64,000 bases of DNA, from positions 848,616 through 912,615 of the forward strand of contig MU004186.1 of the NCBI GenBank assembly GCA_010093605.1. Reading direction: 5' to 3'. This document shows, one piece after another, positions 39,082 to 51,512 of the stretch (positions are counted from its first letter, which is position 1; each line of letters starts with the position of its first letter). The position numbers were made by a program, and so were the translations under genes. This stretch comes from Lophium mytilinum (Eukaryota). Below the pieces are notes generated by a model. That model was not told where the DNA came from. It ran no database searches and saw only the letters and a list, made by a program, of their open reading frames with translations.

Positions 39082-40324
39082 TTAGACTTGGAATGCCACC
39101 CCTTGTCTCTTCACTACATTCTTACCCCCGCCTGCAAACCCCGTTCCTTCACTCCTGATCTCAACCAGCCCTGGTTTGAGACCTCGCTCCTTGTCCTTCT
39201 TGTGTTCCTTGCCGTGCTTTACCTTCTTCTCTGGTGGGGTACTAAGATCTGCGTCACAGACATAGCAATGTACTGTCTCTGGTTCGGGGTCCTCATCGTG
39301 AGCATCGCGATGATGCCGATGATGTGGTGTCATGAATTTTGCTACGCATGGTTTGCATAGTACGTGGCCGCATGGTATTGCAAGACACGCCTTGGTGGAA
39401 TTTGTGAGTGCTTTCCGACAGCTGGGACAGCTTGGAACAGGCTTAGTACCGTCGGACGGCTTATCCTGGGTGAATTGTACTGCGGTAAGGGTTTTGAGAG
39501 ATATGTCATGGGGGGCGGAGGTGCTCGAAGCTGGACACGTCGGATTATGCTTTCGTGGGGCGGCAGTAGTGTGGTTGGATGATGGGGTTTCGGAAGGGAC
39601 CCAGAAGGAGGGCAGATGTGGATGAGCCGCTCTCTACCTTAGACGTTAGCTTTGAATGCCTTTACGATCTCGAAGACCTGATGGCGGTCGGCTTGATCAG
39701 AGACAATAGCATACCCTTTCCTCATCCAGAGCCAACTTTGCCCGACTTCTCTCCTCTTTCGCGATGCGCAGCAGCTCCCCCTCGTCAATCTCGAATTTCC
39801 GCTTCTTGCCCCTCCCTTGCGCTGCATCTTCGCCTTCCTTGAGGTCCTCGACTCTCTCCACAACCACCTTTCCACCTTCGCGCCCAATGACCTTGCCCCC
39901 AGCTCCTAGTTTGATTTCGAGTCCCATCTGCACGGCCTCAAAATCCTTCACAGCCCTCTCCCTAGCCTCATCGTCATCCCGCGCCTTCTCATCCACGTCT
40001 TCCTTCCTCTGCTTTTCTAACTCTTTCTCCAACCGCTTGATTTCCTTCCGCTGTGCCAGCAAGTTGTTCATGGCGCACTCGCGACAGAAGAGGTCACCGG
40101 CCGGGCACGCTACCGGGTCGACGGCAGGAAGGAGGCATAGCTGACATGATCCGAAGGTCAAGAAAGAGTCTCTGGTGAGGCGAGTCGATTGTGAGCCCCA
40201 GGTTGATTTGAGTTCGGCGCGTTCATGGGAGGTGAAGAAGGCAAGAGACGTATTGCGCTCTAGGGAGTATTAGTAGAGTGTAATTACTAGTATACAAGTA
40301 TTTCAACATACTGCTATGTGACAT
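39082..40324 (-). CDS. NOSIP-like RING/U-box protein, spliced
   Basis: MSHS/KRNTSLAFFTSHER...RLTRDSF...CQLCLLPAVDPVAC...FCREC, and a C-terminal CYVCDADL...EGTGFAGGG...GVAFQ. Confidence 0.85.
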
Positions 40325-40645
40325 TTCACGAGATCTGGTGTGCAAGTTGCGCTTTGGAGGTCACGAGAGGTGGTGATTTACTAGTGTTGTAGGAAGCAAG
40401 ATGTGCTTTGAATGAAGTTTACGAGGCTCGAGGACAACTTAGCGCACGGGCTTCTCCGAACGTCATTTCACCCGCACTGTTCTCGACATCTCTTCTTTAC
40501 TGAACTCCACGTAAATTAACATATTCTCATATGAAGCTATATGGCTAGACCAACACCCTATGGATATTCTCTACACTCTTCAATGCTGTGAACCATCAAA
40601 AATACCACCCAAGGGCCCGAAAAACAGTTCAAGTTTTGACGCATT

Positions 40646-41651
40646 TCAATCGAGACCGATAGTCTCGAAGTCATTTAATCCGTATTTGTTTACCTCGCTT
40701 TCCCGATGTTCGGCAAAGGAAGTATTCTCAACCGGGTCGTTCTCCCTTTTCCTTGGTTCTTCGAACACAGCAAACGTCTCCGATACCTTCTTCAGCTTTG
40801 CAAGCCTAGTACTGGGGACCTTCAGTGGCGTGGCATTTGGTCCATGCCAAACCTCCAGCTTCCCGAGCGGGCTCTCAGGACTGTACTCTTGCGCTGCCAT
40901 CCAAGCTTGTTCCGCGCGCTTGAACACGCTCTTCACCTGCCAGTTCGAACTGTCCATTTCTTGTGCATTCATCGCGGCCGCCGTGGCTCTAAAATCAATC
41001 AGAAAAATGCGTCTTGGCCCGAATTATTCAGTTGAAAGATCAGGATCAAACCTACCTTGATATATGGATCTGTCCGTTTCGCCATTCTGGCTTGTGAAAG
41101 CGATGGCTCAACATCCTCACTCCATGCTCCGTCCTCGGCGTTCCTCTAAGAGCCGTAATCGTCTCAGATAGGATGGCTGCATTTGTACGAAACTCATAGT
41201 GACCAAAAAAGTACAGGATCGCAAGCTCTCGTGTTTCTGCTTCTGTCCAGGGCTCCCCCGGATGAGAATGACGCTCTACTGGGAGCAAAATGTTGGGCAC
41301 GGGAGCATCACGTGCCATGGCCGTGTTATTTCGATCATGGCCCTGGGAAGTATCTGTATTCTTGGTCAGCCCTATCAAGATCTAAGATGAGTTCCTGAGT
41401 ATCCTACGCGATCCGTTCTTCGGTACATCTTCCTGCTGGTCATCATTCGCGTTCGAAAAGACACCATGGTCTTGCTTCTTCAGTCCCGGAAATATCCCTT
41501 CATAGTCCGTGTCATCCTCCTCTAGGACACCCTCCAAGCGTTGCGTGAGCTGCTGTCTGTATGTCTGGGTCTTTGGGCTATTGGAGATATTTGAGTCTTC
41601 AAGGGCGTCCTCTAAACTCGCCAGCTCCGCCCGGGAAAGATCTGGTTCCAT
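40646..41651 (-). CDS. Hypothetical protein, tandem paralog A (Myb/SANT-like W-x3-E-x-R-x-L segment)
   Basis: Three exons joined by GT-AG introns; similar to the adjacent gene at 41878-42745. Confidence 0.65.
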
Positions 41652-41877
41652 TACAACTACAAAGTAGTGGTGGTAGTGGTGGTGTGGTATATGAGTTGGC
41701 GGCCTTGCAGAGAAACAATGATGTTGGATTGCATCTCAGGGCTTCATACTGAAGCATGGTAGTTGATGAAAATTCACCCCGTGGTGAGTAAGTCTATACG
41801 TTGACTCGGCCTCCAGGTCGTGACTTTTTACCACTATATAGGGTTCATATATCCATGAACTTCACACCATGGCCCTA

Positions 41878-42745
41878 CTAAACGCTGTAACTCTCCTCTA
41901 CGACGACAATATGGTTCAAGCGCTTCTTATCCTGGAAACGTCTCAAGTCATCCCGATTCCAAACCCACAAGAGGACCCCGGACTGCCTAACTGGTCCGTC
42001 CCAGCTCTGTACCTGGCCAAGGGCGCTCTTTGGGTTCCGTTCTTTGGCTAACTTCCACTCTCTCTTTGCCATGCGGAAAACGCCCTTGACTTTTGGGTCG
42101 TCTGAGAGCATATCGTGGCACTTCGCAGCCGCCTTGGTGGCACTAGATCACGTTAGCAATAACCCCCTTTAATCAATTGGGGAACAAATCCCACACAGGA
42201 ACAGCATACCGCTTAACGATGTAATGACCATTCTTCTTCTTCAACTGCCAGAAATCGCATATAAACTCTCGAATGTGCTCCTTCGTCCGAGTGGTTTCTC
42301 GCGTTGCAGCAAGAATATCAGCAATGATTTCAAGGTTCTTCCGAAAATCTGGAGGGCCGAAGAGGTAGAGTACCGCGAGATCTCGGATCTCCAGGTCACT
42401 CCACCGCCCATCAGAGTTGGTTTGAGGTTCTGCAGGTTCTTGGTCTGAGTCGGTATCTGAGCTTGCTTCTTCGATCTTGATCTGTTCTGTGGCGTTATCC
42501 TCATCTGATTGACCGCTCTTAAAATCCCTAAGCTTTCCCGAGAACCCTGATAGCAAGGAGTTCATGTCAATGCTCCTTAGCCCAGACACTGACCACTTTT
42601 TTCCCTCCTGTCCGCTGGAGGCGTCGATGTTTTCGAGGTCGACGTCTTCGAGATCGATGTTTTCGAGGTTAACATCTTTGAAGTCCATGTTTTGGAGAGC
42701 GTCTTCTAAAGTTGACAGGACATTCCCAGAATGAGAATAATCCAT
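41878..42745 (-). CDS. Hypothetical protein, tandem paralog B
   Basis: A 190-aa ORF plus a spliced second exon (GTATGC...GCTAAC...TAG). Shares LEDAL, W.D.E.R.LA.LY.FG and VK.VF..A...W with paralog A. Confidence 0.7.
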
Positions 42746-43758
42746 GCTTGCAGTTATAGAAGCCAGGTAGTAGTGTTTGTGGGTTTGTAAGGAGACTCAG
42801 GAGTTGAGATTGTCTGTCCCCTATTTATGCTCTTATTTGTTATAGCAAGAAACTCGGCTCCTTTGTGAATCAAACTACTGAGTAAGTACGGCTTGTCAGG
42901 GCGTAGAAACACATTCACAGTAAAACGAGCTCATAGTCTTCAGGGGTGTATATAAGAGCAGATCGAATGTGTTAGACGTCAAGACAGCAAGCAATTAGGT
43001 AGGGTAGGTTTGTCTAACATAGCTCCGAGCGATAGTCATCCGGACGTCGGCTTTAGTCAAACGCGTAGAAAAGCTTCCGCGCAAGCAGCGGATTGGACGT
43101 CCCACTCGCAAAGCAGCTCAGATATTCTGCCTCATACCAAATTTCGCCACAACGGCGTTGAAAGATTCTAGTCTCGTTTGCAAGGCATATTGAAGAGCTC
43201 TTAAGCGTGTCAAATTGAACCTTTTCAGACCACAAAAACAGAGCAGGGAGCCTCAAGTGGCGCTGGACAAGTGCACTTGGCGCTACAGTGGGTGCATATC
43301 GAGAGCTATAAAAGCGTTAGTCGTCACAGATTCGTTGACCACCACTGTTCATTTAGAGAACCTTAGTAGGCAGGTTTGAAGGACTTTTGAGAGAAGCTGA
43401 GGCTATTTAAGATTTCCTGAGCAGAACTGTTAGAGGCTGAAGGAGATACCTAAAGAAACTGCAGAACGGGCATCGGAATACAGCCTTTAAGACGGAATTT
43501 CATCATCATGCCAAGTCTCTTACTGATCGCAGCTGTGTAACTGTGATATAACGAAAAACATCCATCCCTAACCCATCTAACCCAGGTGAACGCTTAATCA
43601 AACCAAAAAAGCAACAGGACACCCAATCATCCATCATCCAAATTACATACTTATGATAAAGGGTACGAGAGAAACCACTACAAAATATCGACACTGTGAA
43701 GCTTCCATTACTTCGTACGAAACTGTTTCGACACCATCATGATACCATTGCACGGCAC

Positions 43759-45153
43759 TCAAGCATCCCTCTTTCTCGCTTCCGCCTTCCAGCTTTTCCT
43801 CAACCCCAACACCGCCAGCCCACCCCAAACAACCCACCACGCCGCCAACACCGGCAAGCACGTCACCAGACTCGGCTTCGGGCCCCCAGCCCAGATGTCA
43901 ATGAGTACTAAATACACGTTCCGCGCCGGCAGGGCCCACGCCCACCGATAGAACCCCGGCACCACCTCAAACGGACTAACCGTGCTCGTAACGTTCAGAA
44001 TAATAAACGTAAGCACGGCTGCCGGCACCGCCGGCACCGGAGCGACCGCGAGCACTGCGTCGAAGAAGAGGCAGTAGATGTGCATCGCCAGCCACAGCAG
44101 CAGCCAAGTCAACGCAAACTCCTTGTCGTGGATGGGCATGTCTTCCTTGAAGATCCAGATGTAGCCGGCCATCGTGACAGCGCAGCAGGCGGTGTAGAGG
44201 AGGGTGATGCTGAGGCGGATGAAGGTGATGGTTTGGAGGGAGGAGTGGGCGAAGAGGTGGGTTTGAGCGGAGACGGCGTTGAGGCCCATGAGGAAGAAGA
44301 ATTGGGGGAGGATGGAGAGGGGGGTGAGGATTGTGTTGATGAAGTTTTTGGAGGCTTGCGATGCAGGGAGGATGTTGATGCTGGTAGTGCCGATAGGATT
44401 GAGGTAGGCGTGGAGAGTGGAGGTGTCGTTGAGAGGGGACGGGAAGGTGGTGGTGAGAGTCAGTCGAGCGGTTTCGACGAGTTGGTGGATTGAGCTGAGG
44501 ACTACGGAAGCAGTGAAGGAAGGGTAGCGTGCTTCGTTCCACACATATGTGAAGGCATCATTGGCGTTGTATTCTTGCGAAGCCGTACCGCCCTGGAGTA
44601 TAGCGTGAAGCCTCGAAGAGGCATTAGGCGTGGAATAGATCGCAGCCCAGTAGTGATGATGCTGGACTGATTTGATAACGTCTTCGGGTCTGCTGTAGTC
44701 CACGGCGCTCTTCGTCTCGAATGTTGGGAAAGTTGGCTGCTTTAGGAGAGCGTACGCCTGTAGCATTGACTGACCAACCATACCGCCATCATAATCGACC
44801 ATAAGGATTTTGAAGGCATGGTACTTGCTTGCTTGTTGGTAGGATGCCCCAAAGAAATATGTCATGTTGCCGAACACGAGAAGTATCATGGTCAAAGCAA
44901 CTGCAACTGCCATGATAGCAAGCTTGCGAGGCTGAAAGACTGGAGGTTCGTGGTTATTGTCATGAGGCTGGCCATAATTGGAGTCTTCATCGAATCCTAG
45001 TGTTGATGCCTTTCCGAAGGATATCGACGATAGTTCGATGGGGTAGTTCGCGTAGTCCAAAGGCTGAAATATGAGAAGAGCAGAGTCACGAATGGAGGAC
45101 TCATGCTTGGTGTGATCGTTCTTTTCAGGAATGCTCTCTAAGGGATGCAACAT
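43759..45153 (-). CDS. SNG1-like (nitrosoguanidine resistance, DUF3533-type) membrane protein
   Basis: 464-aa intronless ORF with MVDYDGGMVG, YWAAIY, YVWNEARYP, several TM helices and FYRWAWALP. Confidence 0.8.
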   Translation of the reverse strand: MLHPLESIPEKNDHTKHESSIRDSALLIFQPLDYANYPIELSSISFGKASTLGFDEDSNYGQPHDNNHEPPVFQPRKLAIMAVAVALTMILLVFGNMTYFFGASYQQASKYHAFKILMVDYDGGMVGQSMLQAYALLKQPTFPTFETKSAVDYSRPEDVIKSVQHHHYWAAIYSTPNASSRLHAILQGGTASQEYNANDAFTYVWNEARYPSFTASVVLSSIHQLVETARLTLTTTFPSPLNDTSTLHAYLNPIGTTSINILPASQASKNFINTILTPLSILPQFFFLMGLNAVSAQTHLFAHSSLQTITFIRLSITLLYTACCAVTMAGYIWIFKEDMPIHDKEFALTWLLLWLAMHIYCLFFDAVLAVAPVPAVPAAVLTFIILNVTSTVSPFEVVPGFYRWAWALPARNVYLVLIDIWAGGPKPSLVTCLPVLAAWWVVWGGLAVLGLRKSWKAEARKRDA

Positions 45154-45662
45154 AATGGACAGATTACTTTCGTATGGTGGAAAAGCTTGTATGAAGTCTC
45201 GAGATCAAAATCGCTGTGAAGAGAAAAGTAGGAAACCACATAGTAGGCAGCAGATTCCCGTCATCACCCACCGTTCTCACCGGAGTAACCCGAGTAATCC
45301 TTTCAGCTTGTCGGCGATGTATAGGCGCCGATATGGCGAAGTGTTACCATGACAGATGGCCCCGAGTTGCACAGAACCAATTTATGCATGTCCTTCCACG
45401 TATAATGATGTTATCGTCTCGACATGCAGTCCCGAGTCTTACATGAGCATGGCTATGCTGATGCTACAGCAGCAAGTAGTGACTGTGGATGTTTCATTTT
45501 AATGGAAGAACCATGGTGTTGGCGTTCAGGCATTCGAGGATCGAGGAAGGTAATGTGGTCCGAGCTGCAGCACGTGGTCTGAGCCGCTGGCTACGTAACG
45601 CCTCAGGCTTCCAAAGTTTTCGCCGCTCATGCAGAACCTACTCCGTCCCTCACCACTCTCCA

Positions 45663-46961
45663 ATGCGCCCGGAGGAGCAGCCCGCCAGCCCCAGCCTGCC
45701 ATGGCGCACGAGCTCGGTCTTCACCATGGCCGCGGTGGGCCTCCTTTCACGCGGGTTTCTGTACGGCTTGAGCAGGACCGAGACCCATGGCCTTGACGGG
45801 TTTCTGAAGCTCCTAGACGAGAGGAAGGACGTGGAGGGGAGGCAAAGAGGCTTGGTCACAGGTTTGTGACGCGAAAACTACGTCTGTATCTATCTGACTT
45901 TGAATCTATAGTATCTAATCACGTCTCTGTGTACGTATGTTGACCCCTTGGCATTGCGACCTCCTTGCGACAGCCCTCGCTGATATTTTGCGCCGTGAAG
46001 ACTGGATGATCCTATGATATGGGGAACTTTACCAATTCGATACTTGTTCAACCCCGACAACCTAAGATGGGGTCTTGGGAGCTACGATCTATGCTTTACG
46101 AACAAGTATGCTTCTGTCCTCAGCCTTTTGGTGCTTCGCTGATGCCTTATCAGGGTCCTTTCGACCTTCTTCAATCTCGGACAGGTGCTTCCTACGCACC
46201 GCTCCCTTCATTCGAGGTTTGGAGGCCTGTTCCAGCCTACGGTAGCGCAAGCTATTCGCCTGCTTTCCCAAGGACCTTTCTACTCTAATGATAGCGCAAC
46301 CAAGGCGAACAAGTCGTTCAAGAGCCCCGACCTTTCTGACCCCTTCACGAACGGACACCTAACATTCTCCACAAATGGCACCGACACATTCCCTTCGCCC
46401 TCGGCGTATCTCAGTCGAAGACACAGCTGGGTGCATATATTTCCGGAAGGCAAGGTGCACCAGCAAGAGGACCACACCATGCGCTACTTCAAATGGGGCG
46501 TTTCACGCCTGATTTTAGAAAGCGAACCGTGCCCAGATGTGGTGCCAATGTGGATCGAGGGGCCACAGGAGGTAATGCATGAGAGCAGGGAATTCCCGCG
46601 CTTCTTACCTCGCCCTCTCCGAGACGTGAGCATCACGTTTGGCGAGAAACTGGACGTGGAGAAGGTGTTTGGGGATCTTCGTGCGCGATGGAAACGGTTG
46701 CATCAGCGAGATGTTGGATCGGGACCGGAGGGCAAGCCGGAAATGGGCGTTTTGAGCTCTGCATTGAAGTATGCTGACGAAGCTGTCGAGTTGAGGAAGG
46801 AGTGTACGATGCTTATCAGGAATGCGGTCCTGAACGTTAGGAGGCAGAGAGGGTGGCCAGATGAGGATCCGAAGGGCGGCTTAGTCGAAACCTACCGCGA
46901 GGAAGGAGCAAGGAAGACTGAGGGGCAGATGAAGGACGGGAGCTGGATTAAGGATACATGA
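45663..46961 (+). CDS. TAZ1: Tafazzin (cardiolipin transacylase), spliced
   Basis: RGLVT/VSNH...DDP, LRWGLGS, WVHIFPEGKVHQ and MRYFKWGVSRLILE. Confidence 0.92.
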
Positions 46962-47739
46962 GCATTGTGGCCATGTGTCGCTGTATCAACACTGTACACC
47001 AACAGCAAATCATCGGCTCGGAAAAGGACCCAAGGGCAAGAGTCCAGGGTTTGGCTACACTTGGTAAAAATGATCATAGATTTCTTGTTTGAGAGTAGTG
47101 TTCGTGGAACGTGATGTACCAGTATAAGAGAGAGCCTATGGATCTAAGACTGGACGCGTTGCTGAGGCATTGCGCAGAACAATTGCAAATACCCACAGAA
47201 GTGACCGCATGATACGATATGTATTGGAGATGTAGGGTACGCGGTGGGGGACGTGGTGGGGACGTATTGCTCAATTTAGTTGCAAAGAGTTACAGATCTA
47301 ACCGCGTGGAATATTTTTCGCTAGAAGTGACGTATGCGTGGTAGGTAATGCTCGCTGAAGTCTTGCAATGATTCCATAAGTTAGTACTATCACTGTTGAG
47401 TTTCACGATGAGCGACGAGCCTTGTCACCAGGAAATTGCTCAAAAGGACTCTCTGTCATCTCCATCATCAGATACGTATACTTATTTGACAGAAGTATGC
47501 ACAAAATTTGAAGGCTCCAGCAAAACAAAGACATGTGGACAATAAGAAGACATCGAGTATGAAGACAAGTATCAGAAACTCGAGGGGCATGAGGCGTATT
47601 CTTTGTTGCGCATACCCGGCGCCATATGCAGCCATCCACGGGTCTCTGCATAGTAAACGGCTGCCCACGGGTCTCTTTAAGCAGTACACGAACGTCAAAT
47701 CCCTTCATCTAAGAATTCTATGTAGACTGCAGAGCACAA

Positions 47740-47943
47740 CAGCAGCGTTGTCAGATTAGATCAAGTTATTAACCCACATCGACTGCCTGATCAGGCCCAG
47801 CTGATGCCTGGACGGCGACGAAACCTCAGCTTCGAGACGAACGGGCTTCGAGCGTCGTCCAGCAAGCAGAGGCGAAGAAGAGGCACACGGTAAGAAGCCG
47901 CGGGGTGTCTCGGGAGTTGCTCTATCATCATCCAACACTGCTG
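47740..47943 (-). ncRNA. Candidate large box C/D snoRNA (~200 nt)
   Basis: The minus strand reads CAGCAGUGUUG-G-AUGAUGA ... CUGA-CAACGCUGCUG: box C, box D, an 11-bp terminal stem with one G-U pair, and the 3-nt kink-turn bulge. Confidence 0.72.
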
Positions 47944-48368
47944 CCCCCCGGAAGAGGCAGTTGTGGTGGTGAAATTGCGAGCAGCGGCAGACATTTCGAG
48001 GCGGCTGAGGGTTTTGCTTGGCGGCATTCACGCCCGGGGCACCCCTGCAGCTTCAAGGTTCCGTGCAACATTTATACCGGCCTCTGCCCCTCGCTTTGAT
48101 CTCCCCGACGCAACCAAGAAAAAAGCCTCGATCGCCCCACGCCCCGAGCCCACCTGACACCACACAGCGCAGTGAAAAGTTACCGCCACAGCATCCACCA
48201 CCCTTACTAAGCTATCGATAACGTCCGTTCTCGTCGCCGCACCTGCACCTAAGCCGCCTACGCATATAGTTGTGCATCACTGCGTCGCTGCGTCGCCATT
48301 GTGCACATCGCACACACTCATTCACTGGGCGCGCAGCCGCCGTAGCCGCCGCACCGCCGGCCGTATCT

Positions 48369-49169
48369 ATGGAGAGTCCCGACGCTTCGTGGGCGCCCAT
48401 GAGCCCTGACCTTTCTGGCTACCACTCCGCTGACCTCGAGCCCGCCGTCCCCCTTCAGCACCAGGGCTACAGAGGCTCCATATCACACACCACGCCCTTC
48501 TCACCCCCGACCTCCTCCCCCACCAGTCATTTCAAGCAGGACTCCTACCAGCCCCAGCCCATGCCGCCGACACTCAAGGACGAGCGCGACGATGACGGCG
48601 AATACTACCCCGACGCCACGGTCGAAGAGAAGCCCTCGCGCGCCCGCAAGGCGAAGCAAGAGGGCAATGGCACCAACAACCTTGTAGGCACCGAGCACAT
48701 CGAGGTCAAGACCAAGTTCCCCGTCGCGCGGATAAAGCGCATCATGCAGGCCGACGACGATGTGGGCAAAGTAGCTCAAGTCACACCTGTTGTTGTTTGT
48801 AAGTTTTGGTTTTTTTCCCATTCCTCGCGAGCCCCACCATGCCCGCCTCATTGAGCCTCAATGGGCATTTAGTCATGATCCTTGCTGACATACGCCACAG
48901 CAAAAGCACTCGAGCTCTTCATGATCTCCCTCGTCACCAAGGCCGCCGTTGAAGCCAAGGCCCGCTCCTCGAAACGCGTCACTTCCGCCCACCTCAAGCA
49001 AGCCGTCACCAATGACGAGCAGTTCGACTTCCTCACCGATATTGTGTCCAAGGTCGCCGACGCGCCGGCCGCCGCAGAGAAGAGCGAGGACACCGTCATG
49101 GAGGGTGAGGGCAAGAAGCGGAAAGGTGGTGCTCGGAAGAAGAGGAAGGCCGACGATGATGACTTCTAG
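48369..49169 (+). CDS. BUR6: NC2-alpha (Bur6/DRAP1) histone-fold protein, one intron
   Basis: [29 protein letters not shown] / [11 protein letters not shown]...HLKQAV...[11 protein letters not shown]. Confidence 0.85.
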
Positions 49170-49842
49170 ACGTGTTCTAGTTTCCATCCCATCCATTGCA
49201 AGGGTTTCGTTGAAAGATTTCGGTAGACGGCTTCAGCGGTGGAGCACGTCTCGGTATGGTTTTGTTTTCAGGCGCATGGGGCAAAGGTGTCTGGATATAT
49301 CTTATCCACAAGCGAGGTCGGCGGGCTCTTTGGTACAGGAACGATGCATACGGCCAGGCGTTTATGGTCCTTAGCGTAAGCCCACATCAGTAGGGCTTTG
49401 GGACGCTTGTGCAAAGGGCAGTTTGCACTTGCTTGGGAGTTATTTGATATCTTTAAGAATCATTGTCGATTCTTGAAAACACTACAGAGCATCTGGAATA
49501 CAAACTTGAACTCATACCTCATATGTTCAATCTCCTATTTCGCAGAATATTGGGACAGAAATCTGAAGCTGTACTACTGACTCAACCAATAGGAGGGCTC
49601 CTGAAGCTGTTGAAAAAACTGAAAGCAGAGAGACTGCCACTACTAACCCATACCCACAATAGGAATATACCGAAGAAAGGTCCCAGAGTTATATCTAAAT
49701 TCAGGTACCTTTCTTGCCCTGCAATCCCAACCCTGATGCGGCATCGCGCGTGCCAAGACCCGTCAACTTTGGAACAATAGGTATCTACAGGGCGCGCCTC
49801 AGCACTCTGCAACAACACCCACCACCTCCATCCAGCACCAAG

Positions 49843-51512
49843 ATGGATTCTAGCAGTGACGACGATTACCATGAATCCCCAGCAAAGAGGCTTCATGCAG
49901 ACGATACGCCACCAAAGCCATCCACGCCGGAGCCAATTACGCCAGAGCCAGTCACACTAGCTAATCCAAGTGATTTGACCCTCATCGTTGGTCCCCTCGG
50001 TCAAAGTATTCACGTATCTAGAGGCGCATTGCGTCTCGCGAGCCCTGTGTGGAACACAATGTTCTCAGATCAATGGGCGGAGAGTTCCAAGAAAGAGGTG
50101 CAATTTCCGGACGACGATCCAGAAGCTTTATTAATTGTTTTGGGCATCGCGCATCTCAGATTCAAAGAAAGGCCGAAAGTCTTACTGTATCGCCAACTCG
50201 TCGAACTTGCTGTCATATGCGACAAATATGATACCGTTGCTGTCATTCGCCCTTTCTTGCAAGAATGGATAGGGTACGAAGAGATGAAGGTTGGACCTGG
50301 AACGGAAGAGTGGATTTTCGTCGCTTGGACCTTTGGCATCAGGGATAAATTCGTCAATGGAGTCCAGGACTTGGTGCGAAATACCTTAGCAGATGCACAG
50401 GAATGTTTAGTGTGGCCTGAGCAACATGTGACTTTGCGCCTACCTATAGACCTCTTAGGTATGTTAGAATCATTATCTCTCATTTATCAGTAATCGTTTC
50501 CAGCTCAATCTGTTAAAGTTTCGGAGTTGAACCGCCTATCCGTTATGCTGACGCTATTTTCTAGATTGCATTTCTCAAGCTCGCCAGGAATCGATCACAA
50601 AACTCATGAACCTGGCATTCGGGCACTTGGACACATGTGTCTCTATTAACAAATGCGCTAGAGGAAGTCAAACATGCATAGGGAATACAATGGACGAGCC
50701 TGATTATCACCCCCCTTTTTGCTACGTATCACCCCCCATTTTGCTACATATCACCCCCCCTAGGTTCAGCCTAGCTCCGGCTCGTAACAACTTTGTTTGA
50801 CCAATTAGACTGTTGTCTAGGCTATAATAGTGTTCCACAGCGTTTTTAGTTCACTAGCGTAGCAGCTCTCCACCGGACGATTAGGTAACTTAACACCGAC
50901 CCAGGGCTCTATTTCCTTAGTCACCAACAGTCAACTAACCTTTAAGTGAGGATGGTACTCTATCTACTTGTGAGGCGGAAGCTACTTTAGATAAGGAGCC
51001 GGTAAAGCGGGAGGATATTCAGTCTAGTGTTCCTCTATTTTTGATTTTACGCATATATGTACTAGTCATGCGATTCCTTCTATATAAACGAGGGCGAGCC
51101 TGTGATATGATTGGTAGAACAGCATTAATACGGACCGGAGCTAGGCTAAATCCAGGGCGGGTGATATGTAGCAAAATGGGGGGGTGATACGTAGCAAAAA
51201 GGGGGGTGATAATTAGGCTCGTCCAATACAATTGGACACTTACTAAAGGGGCTGCACGGCGTAGGAATTTGGCCAAACAAGCCTGAGGCATCCACTTACC
51301 CATGTTCTTTTCAAACGCTATATAAGGCGATATCAGCAATCAACATACCGCGGCACGACGGCCCGCTAGACTATTATGGTAAAAACCCACACTCCATGTG
51401 TGCGGATGGTATCGCTGGTCTTCAAAGTGGAATTGACGCTCTCAATGCGTTGTTGCCTTTTGGTTACAAAGCACACCACTTGAAACATATCGAAGTGCAG
51501 GCGGAGAAGTAG
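49843..51512 (+). pseudogene. BTB/POZ-domain gene 1, exon 2 interrupted by a MITE
   Basis: BTB motifs SDLTLIVG, ASPVWNTMF, FPDDDPEAL and LAVICDKYD; intron at 50459-50564. Removing the MITE and one TSD restores the frame (CIGNT-IGHLLKG...HLKHIEVQAEK*). Confidence 0.85.
50692..51224. mobile_element. Non-autonomous TIR DNA transposon (MITE-like), 533 bp, 8-bp TSD AATACAAT
   Basis: TIRs of ~90-120 bp: GGACGAGCCTGATTATCACCCCCC... and ...GGGGGGTGATAATTAGGCTCGTCC. TSD copies at 50684-50691 and 51225-51232. Confidence 0.95.

Noticed and set aside
41354..41407. In-frame TAG (41384-41382) in paralog A, suggesting a pseudogene or A-to-I stop-codon editing
   Set aside because: The stop lies inside a plausible 54-nt intron (GTAGGA...GCTGAC...TACAG) whose removal keeps the frame.
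43976..44542. 188-aa His/Pro-rich ORF and other overlapping or antisense ORFs in GC-rich genes
   Set aside because: These are shadow frames caused by codon bias of the real genes.
47740..47943. Identification of the box C/D RNA as U3, U14 or snR45/U13
   Set aside because: I could not find the U3 box A (GGAUCAUUUCU), the U14 domain A/B sequences or the U13-type CUUGUUAC guide, so it is left unnamed.
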